From an uncultured Desulfosarcina sp. (lineage in GTDB: Bacteria; Desulfobacterota; Desulfobacteria; Desulfobacterales; Desulfosarcinaceae): 64,000 nucleotides of DNA. A program made the position numbers and the translations under genes. The notes beneath the pieces are model-generated. The model was not told the DNA's origin. It worked only from the letters and a program-made list of their open reading frames with translations, and made no database searches. Position 1 is the stretch's first letter; every line of letters starts with the position of its first letter. The stretch spans positions 1,152,001 through 1,216,000 of the forward strand of contig CAXXWQ010000004.1 of assembly GCA_963674945.2 (NCBI GenBank). The letters are read 5' to 3'. Positions 31,029 to 41,414 of the stretch are shown here, piece after piece.

Positions 31029-31376
31029 ATGAAAGAAATCCTGATCACGCTGCTTATCTTTGTAGTCATCTATGAAATCCTCGAACACATCCTTCTGCCT
31101 TTGTTCTGGACCATTCGATATCGAGGGCGCAAATCGGCTTATAACCTGCCCGGAATGATCGGGAAAAGATGCATGGTGAAGCAATGGGCAGGTACCCGTG
31201 GAAAGGTATTGGTTGGTGGGGAGCTGTGGAATGCAACTGGCAATTCATCGTTGATGCCTGATGATGAGGGGGTCATCCAGGGGATCGACAACCTAACCCT
31301 TCTGGTGGTGCCGTTAGGTGTAACTATCGATGCACCAAGTGAAAACTTGGCCAAAGATAGAGCTACTAAATTGTAA
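31029..31376 (+). CDS. Small NfeD-like protein
   Basis: N-terminal TM, MIGKR...GKVLVGGELWNA OB-fold. Confidence 0.75.
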   Translation: MKEILITLLIFVVIYEILEHILLPLFWTIRYRGRKSAYNLPGMIGKRCMVKQWAGTRGKVLVGGELWNATGNSSLMPDDEGVIQGIDNLTLLVVPLGVTIDAPSENLAKDRATKL

Positions 31377-31611
31377 GAACCATTTAATGTTGCGCCTCAG
31401 CTTATCGATGACGCTCAAATATCCGGTCCGTCAAACAACGAGAGCGGAAGAATGATCCATTCAAAGCTATATCGTATCGATGAATATCGGATATCAGAAT
31501 TTGCCGATGGCGATAAAATTTGGAAAACCTGTGGTGGGGTGGGCCAAATTTTCGGTGGCCCCATAATAATTGAATCTGATGTCCTATTCATCGATCCTAA
31601 AAAATAGGATC

Positions 31612-32046
31612 TTATTTTTTTAATCCAAGGATCAACACACCTAAAGCGACCAATGATATTCCAGTCCATTCTCGCAATGATGGACGCTCACCCAAAAAAA
31701 CAAAGGCGAATAAAGCGACCAGAACCAAACTGAGTTTATCAACAGGTGCAACCTTAGACGCCTCACCAATCTTCAATGCACGAAAATAGCATAACCAAGA
31801 TGCCCCAGTGGCCAAACCGGACAATAATAAGAATAATAATGATTTGTTATTGATCTTTAATGGATTGACCCATTTGTTTGAGGAAAAAACAATTGCAGTG
31901 AGAAAAATGATGATCACTATCGTTCGAATCAATGTTGCATAATCAGAATCAATCCCCTCAAGCCCAACCTTGGCGAAGATAGCCGTGAGCGAGGCAAAAA
32001 CCGCCGAGAGCATAGCCCAATAGAACCAACCAAACGAATTTGTCAT
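31612..32046 (-). CDS. EamA/DMT family transporter (single domain)
   Basis: LSAVFASLTAIFAKVG, SWLCYFRALKIG.AS.VAPVDKLS, LGER; GGAGG RBS. Confidence 0.93.
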   Translation of the reverse strand: MTNSFGWFYWAMLSAVFASLTAIFAKVGLEGIDSDYATLIRTIVIIIFLTAIVFSSNKWVNPLKINNKSLLFLLLSGLATGASWLCYFRALKIGEASKVAPVDKLSLVLVALFAFVFLGERPSLREWTGISLVALGVLILGLKK

Positions 32047-32197
32047 ATGCCTCCCTCTGTATGTAAATCCTATAATATCACCTTTGCAAATCTGGACTTT
32101 TTATTTTTGACCCAAAAAACAGACTTTAGGATAATCTGTATGAAGGAAACAACCCTTTTTTATATCACCATTTTTCATTGTAACTTTTATGCTGCAT

Positions 32198-32352
32198 TTA
32201 AAAATGATAGGAAATTTTGGCAGCCACACCGAGTGGAGCAAACGGATCGATTGTTCCCGTGTTGCCCGTATTCCTTTCGGTGACTTCATATTTCCGGAAA
32301 GTCTGATCGAAACAGCCAAAATCCAAAATCTCAAGTTTGATTTTAACCGCAT
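32198..32352 (-). pseudogene. Possible internally deleted outer-membrane protein remnant
   Basis: AAGGAGG RBS plus signal-like start MRLKSNLRFWILAVS joined out of frame to ...PLGVAAKISYHF-stop (beta-signal-like end). Confidence 0.4.
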
Positions 32353-32755
32353 TTCTTCCTCCTTGCCGTCAATTTGATTTCACAACCATTGCATTAACAT
32401 TAGCGATGCTTAGCAACAATATCACTAATATTGTTAAAAGATCCTGCCACGCAAGACGACATTAAATATTGTGTGGTCCTCCTTTATAAAGATAAAAAGA
32501 GTAGGTAATTTTACAATTAAATAGCAGTAAAAGATGAAGAAAGGATGAAGATGAACATTTCAGTCCGACTATGAAAGCCCTCGCACCCAAGGTGTCAGCC
32601 AGAAACAATGGAAGCAGGCTGTGGGTCATTTCGGACGAGATGTCCATTTGGCAATGTATGAAAAACTGATGCGGAACCCCATCGCCCGGATGACGCAATA
32701 CAGCCAAAGACCGTCAGCCAAAAAGCATGGCGCCTGTTCATAAAAGCACTGTGTT

Positions 32756-34813
32756 TTACCATGCCAGTAGTACCTCGCCCCGCCATCGAGACCATTGATG
32801 CTCTCGGTCGCTTCGAAGCTCTTGATCCGTTCGACGAACCCATAGTACAGAGAACCTCTCACGGAATGTTTGTGCCAAAATGCCCAATGGTCGTTCATAG
32901 TCGCCGGTATCTATTGCTGTGGTGATCAAGCCTGCCAGGCTTCGGCCCTGCTGCTTTTCTATGGTTCCCATGAAAAGATGAAGAACGCTGTTCCCCTCGA
33001 TTTTGACATCAGGTGACCACAGGCGAATTACGAGACGGCTGTCGCCATCCATCCGGACAAGACGCAAACGCTCCTCTCTGCCGTCGTGGAGCCGAGGCAA
33101 AACCGGCAGCTGTTCAATCGGCGTGTTCGGAGAAAACATTCCAAGGACACTTTTCAGGCTCAGCGGCTGCGGTTGCCGCCAGCCTTCATCCGTGAGAAAA
33201 CGGACCAGCTCGGCAGACAGCCCGACCCACTGAACGGTGAGCGGCTGCTCGAGATCACCTCCCATGTCAATTCGCCAGGCTGGCAGGCCTCGCCATCCAT
33301 CGGTTTGCCAAAGAGAGAGCGTCATGGTTTTCTCCTCATGGCGAGGGGCGTAAAACACCAGATCCTTCTCGTGTCGCTGGGCCACATGCCAGATCCCGGC
33401 AACGGCGATAACAAGGACAACCGTTGATGACAGCAAACGACGTGGAATCTTCTCATCAGCCGTCTTCAGCCAGGCGATTCCCATGAACGCCGTCCAGCTT
33501 ATGCCGATGAAATAGCCTCCCAGGACATCGGAGAGCCAGTGCGCGCCCAGATAAAGGCGGGAAAAACCAATCATAAATGAGATAAAAAGAACCCCTGAAA
33601 ACAATCCCAACCGCCACGCCCCGGACAGCTTCCTGGCCAGCAAGATGGCAAGGAAGCCATAGAGAATCAAACTCATGGTCGTGTGGCCGCTGGGAAAACC
33701 AAAGGCCGAAGCGCCATGGTATATCGCTACAGGGCGCGGTAAATGGATGGCCCATTTGAGCAACTGAACGCCCAACAGCCCGCCCAGTGCGGTCATCACC
33801 CAGAAACCCGCTGTGCGGTAGCATCGCTTGACAAGAAGAACAATCAACACCGTACCGGCAAGTGACAGGTTCACAAAGGAATCGCCCAGTTCGGTTATGG
33901 CCACAAAAGCGCTGTCGCCCCATACGGTCCGAAGAGACTGAAAAAAATGGTAAACGGACTGGTCGGCAAGCACCAGGGGGTCTTTGGCCAGAACATCCTG
34001 CAGGACGCCTAAAAAACCCCATGCGGTGATAAAAAGCGTAACGGCCAAAAAGGCGACTGGTAACGCCTCTCCCTGCTCCCGGAAAAGCAGAAAGCGAAAA
34101 AAGCGTTGAAAAGGACGCGCAAGCCGGTGAGACGGTCTTTTCGTGGTGGCCCACTGCTTGAGCGCACAAAGCCAGACGGGCCCTTTTCGTGCAAACAAAG
34201 AGACCACCCGGTGACACCCCCAGATGAGACCCCATATGGCGGCCGCCAGAACTAAAGCGACCACGGCCAGTCGCGTGCTGACCGCTCCGGCCACCGTCAG
34301 TGAGGTTCCGAAAAAAAGGCCGGGGAGAATATAAACCAAAGCCCAGCCGATGGCCGAAAACAAATTAACGACGGTAAATTGGATTGGCCGCATGCCCAGC
34401 ATTCCGGACACAACCGGGATGACCGGACGCACCGGTCCCACGAACCGTCCAAGCAGGACGCTTTTGCCCCCGTGCCGGTAGAAAAAGGCAGCTCCTTTGG
34501 TTAACATTTCAGGATAGCGGCAAAAGGGCCAGATATCTTCAAGGCTCTCTTTGTAGTGGCGCCCCAGCCAGTAACTGACGCCATCGCCGGCAATGGCTCC
34601 GGAGATGGCCAGCAGCAAAACAGGCACGAGCCTTAAACTGCCCGTCGCCACGATGGCCCCGACGCCGAACATGATGACTGTGCCGGGAACCAGCAGGCCG
34701 ACCAAGGCCAGGGACTCGGAGAAAGAAACCAGGAAAACCACACCGTAGGCTATTCCAGGATATTGGTCTATATGGGCCAGCAAGATATTTAGGTAATGCA
34801 TCACGGATAGCAT
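32756..34813 (-). CDS. DedA-PAP2-LssY-like fusion membrane protein
   Basis: ESLALVGLLVPG / GRFVGPVR (DedA); K......RP, FPSGH, SRLYLGAHWLSD (PAP2); C-terminal soluble domain. Confidence 0.92.
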   Translation of the reverse strand: MLSVMHYLNILLAHIDQYPGIAYGVVFLVSFSESLALVGLLVPGTVIMFGVGAIVATGSLRLVPVLLLAISGAIAGDGVSYWLGRHYKESLEDIWPFCRYPEMLTKGAAFFYRHGGKSVLLGRFVGPVRPVIPVVSGMLGMRPIQFTVVNLFSAIGWALVYILPGLFFGTSLTVAGAVSTRLAVVALVLAAAIWGLIWGCHRVVSLFARKGPVWLCALKQWATTKRPSHRLARPFQRFFRFLLFREQGEALPVAFLAVTLFITAWGFLGVLQDVLAKDPLVLADQSVYHFFQSLRTVWGDSAFVAITELGDSFVNLSLAGTVLIVLLVKRCYRTAGFWVMTALGGLLGVQLLKWAIHLPRPVAIYHGASAFGFPSGHTTMSLILYGFLAILLARKLSGAWRLGLFSGVLFISFMIGFSRLYLGAHWLSDVLGGYFIGISWTAFMGIAWLKTADEKIPRRLLSSTVVLVIAVAGIWHVAQRHEKDLVFYAPRHEEKTMTLSLWQTDGWRGLPAWRIDMGGDLEQPLTVQWVGLSAELVRFLTDEGWRQPQPLSLKSVLGMFSPNTPIEQLPVLPRLHDGREERLRLVRMDGDSRLVIRLWSPDVKIEGNSVLHLFMGTIEKQQGRSLAGLITTAIDTGDYERPLGILAQTFRERFSVLWVRRTDQELRSDREHQWSRWRGEVLLAW

Positions 34814-34842
34814 CCTTTATTGACGCTACTATAAAAAACATC

Positions 34843-34858
34843 ATGATGAAAGCATGAA
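34843..34858 (-). promoter_or_regulatory. ATGAW-N6-ATGAA direct-repeat box upstream of the DedA-PAP2 gene
   Basis: Recurs at 32534, 35798, 42587 and, inverted, at 42664; TATAGT -10 nearby on the minus strand. Confidence 0.65.
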
Positions 34859-35134
34859 CAGAATCGTGCTGAATTCACTTTTTTCTCTACCCCAACGGCT
34901 TTGACTACGGTAGGCGTTATCGTCTAAGTCCTCCAAGTCATCGACGAAGCCGATGCACATGGGACTCCAATCAATGTAACAAACCAATTCTAAGAGTTAG
35001 AAATTGTCTCTGAACATGATTGACTGATACAGGTTTGGAAACAAGCGGCCGTGGAGCTGATTCCAACGGTTGAAGATTACTGTTTATCCCGTCAACAAGC
35101 GGCGTATGACTGTAATAAATCAAAATCAGGCAAA

Positions 35135-35701
35135 TTACCACTCAATATTGATGTTTATGCCGTAGCATCCTGCGTCCGCAAATGGACTTACTGTGACCGC
35201 GTCATAGGGAGTCGTAAGAAATATGGTACTCAAGATCCCGACAGCGGCGCCTCCCAAAACGTCGGTTAAATCGTGTTTGTCTGATTCACCTTCGACTCTA
35301 CTCCACCCAACGTAGGAGGCGCCGATATATGCCGGTAGGCCATATTTCCAGCCGTACCTTTTCTGGATAAACGTAGCACCCTGAAATGCCGCCGATGTAT
35401 GACCCGAAGGAAACGAATAGTCGCCATGCGCTTCCGGACGAGGTTTGTTTATGGCGTACTTCAACCCGTAGGTAACGGCAAGGTTAGTGAAGAATGAATA
35501 GTAAAATTGTGTCCTTCCCTCATCATCATCCATATAAAAAGTAGACAAGCAGGCCGTGGCGGGAATCGCAATCTGTAAAATATCTCCCGTTAGCTCAAAG
35601 TTGCTTTCTGCGGCACTGGCAACCGATACTTTTAACCATATCATTATCAAGAAAAAAATGAACACTATCCGTTGTGATGCTACGATCCATTTTTTTTTCA
35701 T
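35135..35701 (-). CDS. PAP2 phosphatase (LpxE-like lipid A phosphatase candidate)
   Basis: KYAINKPRP, SFPSGHTS, SRV....H...D motifs; signal/TM N-terminus. Confidence 0.85.
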   Translation of the reverse strand: MKKKWIVASQRIVFIFFLIMIWLKVSVASAAESNFELTGDILQIAIPATACLSTFYMDDDEGRTQFYYSFFTNLAVTYGLKYAINKPRPEAHGDYSFPSGHTSAAFQGATFIQKRYGWKYGLPAYIGASYVGWSRVEGESDKHDLTDVLGGAAVGILSTIFLTTPYDAVTVSPFADAGCYGININIEW

Positions 35702-35797
35702 GTTGATACCTCTTATTGATGGATAATCCGGCAACTACATCTCTAAGATGAGTGACATGATGTCCCTGTCATTTAACACCACTATAGAAAAACCTTC

Positions 35798-35813
35798 ATG
35801 AAGAAAGAATGAA
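35798..35813 (-). promoter_or_regulatory. ATGAA-N6-ATGAA box upstream of the PAP2 gene
   Basis: ATGAAGAAAGAATGAA, 11 bp from a minus-strand TATAGT. Confidence 0.65.
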
Positions 35814-36199
35814 CAATATGGAAGTAAAATATTACTTCTAAACACAAATATTTTTGTTGATATATCTGCATGTTATCGTAACACAACCGAGGATTCATCA
35901 TTTTAAATCCTTCTCGATTGGTAAATCTTCAATTCATTTATTGATGGGCCGTTGGGTTTTGAAAAACAATAAAAGTCCGCCGTTGCATAACAACGGATAA
36001 GGGGATATTTCTCCAGATCATTTGTAAGTTCTTAATGGCCTGAATAGTTGGAAGGAGCGGGGTCGTTGATAAGTCGATCCGCCAGTAGACGTAGCGGATA
36101 TGTGTTCATGGAAGCAGCCGTGCCGAACTAAGATATTTTTAGGAATCGGATCGGCAAATGATTGATGATCAGCCGTCCTGCAAAAAAAAACGGTGTTGT

Positions 36200-37591
36200 T
36201 TATTTTGGAAGCGTAACCCAAACCCGGGTCCATTCTCCCGGCCGGCTTTCCATCTTGACCGTTCCACCGTGCAACATGATGATCCGCTTGACTATGGCCA
36301 GCCCAAGCCCCGACCCGCCGTGCTCGAGCGACCTGGATTTCTCGACCCGGAAAAATTGATTGAATACCTTGTCAATGTCTTCCTCGGTGATACCCGGACC
36401 GGAATTGGTAACGGATATGCTCACCCGGCCATCCGTATGATCACCTTCAATAGTAATAAAGCCGTCTTCTGAGTTGTATCTGATGGCGTTATCCAGAATA
36501 TTTGAGAAGGCCCGGGTCAGTTTTACCACATCACCCAGGACCGTGCAGGATTCGGGTAGACGGCAATCTACATGAATGTGTTGTGCTTCAGCGATAAACC
36601 GGTACTCATCAACCAGCGGGGTAATGATCGACGCCACAGACAACGGCCTCTGCTCGATCGAATCCGACATCTCCAGCGCCGACAGTTTGAGCAGGTCTTT
36701 CACCAGCCGATCCATTCGCCGAACCTGGGCGTTCAAGCGCAGCAAGTTCTCGCGTGTGGAATCGGGCAAATTTTCAATATCATTTGTGCAGACCTCATCG
36801 ATGGCAAGGCGCATGGTGGTCAACGGAGTTTTCAATTCATGGGAAGTGTCAAAAAGAAAATTCCGTTGGTTATCAAAAGAATGTTGCAGGCGATCCAGCA
36901 TTCGGTTGATGGTTCTGGCCAGTTCATTGAATTCATCCTGCTCCGATCCGGCGGGCAGGCGTTGATCAAGATTCTTCTCACTGATGTCCTTGGCCATGTC
37001 CTTCATCTTGCCGATCGGTTTGAGGATCTTACCGGCGATAAAATGGCTGATCGCGACGAGAACCAGGCTGGAGAGGACCAGCCCTGCGATCAGACTGAAA
37101 ACAAGCTCCCAGATTTCTTCCTGCAGTTTTTCAATGGGGCGGGCGATTTGAACGTTGAAATCTTTCCCTTTCAGACCAAATGCAAAGCTTTTAATTCGAA
37201 AAGGGGTTTTGCGGCTGCTGCTCTTCCCTTGTGATAAAAGTCCGGTGGGGATCGCTACCCTGATGGTCGTGCTGGTACCTGGAGCGAGCAGGGGAAGGCT
37301 CACTATATGTGTCAATCCGGACTGGTGAAGCAATTTTCCCGAATCCTGCTCAACAATCTTGAGCCAAAAGGAGTAAATTTCATTTGCTGCAGGGTCGGGA
37401 TGCGTTTTCCCCGGTTCCTCCTCTCTTGCCACAATCGTTCTCAGAGCTCTTTGCGCCTCCATTTCGAGCTCCATATCCAGAATTTCGAAAGGCTGTTCTA
37501 TCAGCTCAAAAAAAACCGCGATGGAAAACACCAGACTCGCAACAAAGCCGGCCCCGGCAACCAGCAGAGAAATTCTTCTTCTAACGGTCAT
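36200..37591 (-). CDS. Sensor histidine kinase (2 TM, HAMP, HisKA, HATPase)
   Basis: SHELKTPLT, NILDNAIRY, GSGLGLAI. Confidence 0.95.
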   Translation of the reverse strand: MTVRRRISLLVAGAGFVASLVFSIAVFFELIEQPFEILDMELEMEAQRALRTIVAREEEPGKTHPDPAANEIYSFWLKIVEQDSGKLLHQSGLTHIVSLPLLAPGTSTTIRVAIPTGLLSQGKSSSRKTPFRIKSFAFGLKGKDFNVQIARPIEKLQEEIWELVFSLIAGLVLSSLVLVAISHFIAGKILKPIGKMKDMAKDISEKNLDQRLPAGSEQDEFNELARTINRMLDRLQHSFDNQRNFLFDTSHELKTPLTTMRLAIDEVCTNDIENLPDSTRENLLRLNAQVRRMDRLVKDLLKLSALEMSDSIEQRPLSVASIITPLVDEYRFIAEAQHIHVDCRLPESCTVLGDVVKLTRAFSNILDNAIRYNSEDGFITIEGDHTDGRVSISVTNSGPGITEEDIDKVFNQFFRVEKSRSLEHGGSGLGLAIVKRIIMLHGGTVKMESRPGEWTRVWVTLPK

Positions 37592-38271
37592 TCGTTTTTA
37601 TCCTTGATGGTGTAGCCCACGCCTCGGATGGTCTGAATCGTGTTCCCACCGCCTGTGTCCCCGATCTTTTTGCGTAAGTTTTTGATGTGAACATCCATGA
37701 AATTAGACATGTTAAATGGATCAAAGTCATCTCCCCATACATGCTCGGCCAGGCTGAATCGGGAAACCACCCTGTTTTTGTTATATAGCAGAAATTCCAG
37801 GATGGAAAATTCCCTTGGCGTCAGTTCCATCGGATTGTCCTTGTGCTTGACTTGACGGCTGACGGTGTCCAACTCTAAGTCTTGGGCTTTGAGCACTACG
37901 GTGGCCTGACTGCCGGATCGCCTAAGCAAGGCCCGGACACGTGCCATTAACTCTTCGGCGGAAAACGGTTTGGCCAGATAATCATCCGCACCTAAATCGA
38001 GGCCTTTGACTTTGTCTGCCGCGTCTCCCTTGGCGGTGAGCATCAGCACCGGGGTTTCGATCCCGCCTTCGCGCAACCCTTCGAGAACCGTCAGCCCATC
38101 GATGGTCGGCATCATAATGTCTAATATGATGAGATCGAAAGCGTTGTCGAAAATCTTATCCAGCGCAACCTGGCCATCGCCGGCCGTCTCCACTGTGTAT
38201 TTCTGATTGAGGAAAAGTTGCTGCAGTTGGTTGAGCAACGAGATATCATCATCTACTATCAGGATTTTCAT
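37588..38271 (-). CDS. OmpR-family response regulator
   Basis: ILIVDDD, LDIMMP, GADDYLAKPF, winged helix ending IRGVGY. Confidence 0.96.
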   Translation of the reverse strand: MKILIVDDDISLLNQLQQLFLNQKYTVETAGDGQVALDKIFDNAFDLIILDIMMPTIDGLTVLEGLREGGIETPVLMLTAKGDAADKVKGLDLGADDYLAKPFSAEELMARVRALLRRSGSQATVVLKAQDLELDTVSRQVKHKDNPMELTPREFSILEFLLYNKNRVVSRFSLAEHVWGDDFDPFNMSNFMDVHIKNLRKKIGDTGGGNTIQTIRGVGYTIKDKNE

Positions 38272-38277
38272 AAGCGC

Positions 38278-40029
38278 TCACTCTTCTGGTGTTTGCCCAG
38301 ATATCACACCAATTGGCCACTTCTGGATGGGGACGACCGAATATCTCCAGATCGTATACCCATCAGCCCCATTGCTATCCACCCTGTCCGGTCTGGGCAG
38401 CTGTGTTTTCCATCGCTCGAGGCTTTTCGATCGTGCAATCAACACCAGTTTTCCTCGATGCCACCCGATGAAATCCTTCACGGTATCCAGGGATATCAGG
38501 CGTTTTGAGGCATCGGGATATTTCATCCCATAGTGGAGTTCACCGGCACCGCCGAAAACATATAAATCATCCCGCTTCAGATACCAGCAATTGGCTCTGA
38601 CCGAATCTTCGTCGGAGAGAACCACCGTATCAGGCCCAATCTCCGATCGCCAGCGATCGATAAATGGCCCCGGAGCCTTTGACACCAGTGTCTGGTCTGG
38701 CAGCGTAAAATGGCCGACGAAAAACAGCAGCAGCGGTGAAAGACCGAATAAGATCATTTTTTTCATATTCGGCCGGCTTTTGAAAGCCAAAAAGCAGAAC
38801 AACATCATGAAGAGAAGCCCATTGACCACCATCAGCACCTTCCACGGGTGGATGTAAGGTCGAAATCCATGGTATCCCAGCCATTGGACACAGACAAAGG
38901 TCGCGAATACCGATGCAAACAGGATTCCGGTGCCGGAAATGCCCCATCGGATCGGCCGCCACATTCCCTTCACGATGGCGATTTCAAGGCCCATGGCCAC
39001 AAGAATGGCAAAAGGAGGAAAACAAGGCAGAATGTAGGTCAGCAACTTTCCTTTGGAGACCGAGAAGAACACGAATGGAAGAACCAGCCAGCAAATGCAA
39101 AAGCGGATCAGGTGGCGCTGCCGCCTCCCGAGATCGGACGACTGCCGGAGCCCCTTAAACGCAGCCGGCACCAGAAATGTCCATGGCAGGAACATGGCCG
39201 GTGCAACCATTAAAAAGTACCAAAGCGGCTCCTTGTGTTGTGCGGCGGCCCCCATGAATCGACGAATGTGTTCGTTCCAGAAGAAAAAATGCCAGAAATC
39301 CGGTTCCTTCAAACCGATTGCCACGCTCCAGGGCAAAGCCACCAGAATGGCGATAAACACCGGAAGCCAGCCCATTCGCAAGATGTCCAGGATTCGCCGT
39401 TGCCAAATCAGAAAAGGAACGAAGGCAAGAAACGGCAATGCAACGGCCAAAAACCCCTTGGTCAAAAAAGCCAGACCGGCCGCTGCTCCGGCCACTACCA
39501 GCCAACCGTTTTCAGCGATCGATCCCGCAGATTCTTCGGTGGCGACAAACAAAGCCATGGTGGACGCCGTTATGAAAAAAGCGAACAGATTGTCCAGCAC
39601 GGCAGTGTTGCCCACACCGAAGACTTCGAAGCAGGTGAGGAAAATGATTGTCGCCAGCACGGCGGTTTCCTGTCGCAAGCTGTTTTCCTTGCCGGCTCCG
39701 CGGGCGGTCAGCAGAAAGATCAGGATGGCCGACAAACCGACCGCCATGGCAGAGGGCAATCGAACGGCGAAGTTGTTTTCACCGAAAATCAGTATGGCCG
39801 CCGCATGCGCCCAATAGCCCAAAGCCGGCTTTTCAAAATACCGGACGCCATTGAGGTGGGGAACGACCCAATCGCCGGTTTCTATCATCTCACGGGGGAT
39901 TTCGGCATAGCGTGTCTCGTCTGGAACGATCAGATCCCTGGCGCCCAAAGGCAGGATGTAAACAACAACAAACACGGTCAAAAGAAGGCATTTGGCACGA
40001 TTAAATCTTAACATTGCTAGCGGCTCCAT
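38278..40029 (-). CDS. arnT: 4-amino-4-deoxy-L-arabinose (lipid A) transferase
   Basis: PDETRYAEIPREM, YFEKP, LTKG, SKGKLLTYILP. Confidence 0.93.
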   Translation of the reverse strand: MEPLAMLRFNRAKCLLLTVFVVVYILPLGARDLIVPDETRYAEIPREMIETGDWVVPHLNGVRYFEKPALGYWAHAAAILIFGENNFAVRLPSAMAVGLSAILIFLLTARGAGKENSLRQETAVLATIIFLTCFEVFGVGNTAVLDNLFAFFITASTMALFVATEESAGSIAENGWLVVAGAAAGLAFLTKGFLAVALPFLAFVPFLIWQRRILDILRMGWLPVFIAILVALPWSVAIGLKEPDFWHFFFWNEHIRRFMGAAAQHKEPLWYFLMVAPAMFLPWTFLVPAAFKGLRQSSDLGRRQRHLIRFCICWLVLPFVFFSVSKGKLLTYILPCFPPFAILVAMGLEIAIVKGMWRPIRWGISGTGILFASVFATFVCVQWLGYHGFRPYIHPWKVLMVVNGLLFMMLFCFLAFKSRPNMKKMILFGLSPLLLFFVGHFTLPDQTLVSKAPGPFIDRWRSEIGPDTVVLSDEDSVRANCWYLKRDDLYVFGGAGELHYGMKYPDASKRLISLDTVKDFIGWHRGKLVLIARSKSLERWKTQLPRPDRVDSNGADGYTIWRYSVVPIQKWPIGVISGQTPEE

Positions 40030-40076
40030 CGATCAGTTTTGGAGAATGTAACAGATTCTTTCACACATCTTCCTGA

Positions 40077-40643
40077 TCAACGCGGTATCGCTTTATTACG
40101 CCCGACGCTTTGTCGCCTGCGTTTGGTTTTGTTGAAGCCCATCCACCCTAAAATCAGGAGCGGAATCGTTGCGGCCACGACCACCACACGTCCAGACTGG
40201 AGAACAGGTTTTTGCCGAACATGAAACTGAATGGTCGGGCTGCTGTATATCTGGCGACCGCCGCGGTCGGCGGCGCTGACCACCACCTGGTAATCGCCAC
40301 CTTTAATCAACCGCATGGGCCAATCGGTACGCAGGAATTCGCCGGGTTTCAAGGTCGCTCCAGCGACAGCTTTGTGCGCGCTCCAGTCTTCCAGGTCCAC
40401 CGACTGTTCATTGCCCGGATCGATCTCCACCAAGCTGATCCAAGCCACCAGCCCCTCAATTGGCATTGTCCCCGTGTTGGTGATGGTGCTCCAAAATTTT
40501 AGGTGGTCTCCCATGACTGGAAGTGTCGAATTTTTTCCATCGGGCTGAAAATTGAGGGCCAAAGGGGCTTGGGCCGCCAATGAAATGGATGCGGCCAGAA
40601 GCATTGATGCAATGATGAACACCATGATTCTCCATATTCTCAA
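40077..40643 (-). CDS. Hypothetical exported protein with C-terminal membrane anchor
   Basis: Signal peptide, Ig-like beta-rich core (VDLEDWSAHKA), C-terminal TM plus basic tail; cotranscribed with the ABC genes. Confidence 0.75.
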   Translation of the reverse strand: MRIWRIMVFIIASMLLAASISLAAQAPLALNFQPDGKNSTLPVMGDHLKFWSTITNTGTMPIEGLVAWISLVEIDPGNEQSVDLEDWSAHKAVAGATLKPGEFLRTDWPMRLIKGGDYQVVVSAADRGGRQIYSSPTIQFHVRQKPVLQSGRVVVVAATIPLLILGWMGFNKTKRRRQSVGRNKAIPR

Positions 40644-40655
40644 AACGAAATCCCC

Positions 40656-41414
40656 CTATTGGAAGTTGGGATGGACAGCGCTGCGCCGGGCCGCGAACAG
40701 GCAAAGCAACAACCATGCGGTGACAAGGATCAGTCGTGTCGTCTGGGTCAAAAACGGATCACTGTCGATAATGACGCTATCGAAGGTGTTGAGTGCTCCG
40801 GCAAACGGGTTGATCGCATCCAGGATGCGGCCAATGGTGGTTCCGCGCAGGCCGGGTCCGATGATCAGCGGACTTGCGGCCAGCATCAACAGGGTGACCG
40901 AACTGAGCAGCGATGTCATGACGCTGCCTGTGCGGGCAGACAGCGCCATGGCCAGATAACCGAACCCGAGTACAACCGGGGTTCCGAAAAGGGCCAGGTT
41001 AAACAGGGCTGAGCCAAGGTTTTGTCCGCTCGCGCCCACGGCCCAAAGATAGGGTACACTCGTCATGAACATGACTCCCCAGGATGCCAGCATGCCTGTT
41101 GCCTTGCCAGCCAGCAAGGCATTCGGAGCGATGGGCGCGCACAAAAGGGGCACCAGGGTGCCGCGCTCCTTTTCTCCGGCATAGGCGTCGCTTCCTAAAA
41201 TGGCAGCCGATAACGCTCCTGCCGCCATGACGGCTCCAACCATCATATAGACTACCTGTGCGTTGTCGAGAAGACTCAGTTCGGTGTTGCTCACCAGCAG
41301 CAGACTAAACGCTGACAGCAGGCCGCTGAATGACAGCAACCACACCATGCCTCTTTGACTGAGCAGCATCTGGAAACTCTCTTTTCGGGCAATGGTCAAA
41401 GATGTGTTCATCAC
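40656..41414 (-). CDS. ABC-2 type exporter permease
   Basis: IARKE start, GEKERGTL...L..P motif, 6 TM. Confidence 0.9.
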   Translation of the reverse strand: MMNTSLTIARKESFQMLLSQRGMVWLLSFSGLLSAFSLLLVSNTELSLLDNAQVVYMMVGAVMAAGALSAAILGSDAYAGEKERGTLVPLLCAPIAPNALLAGKATGMLASWGVMFMTSVPYLWAVGASGQNLGSALFNLALFGTPVVLGFGYLAMALSARTGSVMTSLLSSVTLLMLAASPLIIGPGLRGTTIGRILDAINPFAGALNTFDSVIIDSDPFLTQTTRLILVTAWLLLCLFAARRSAVHPNFQ

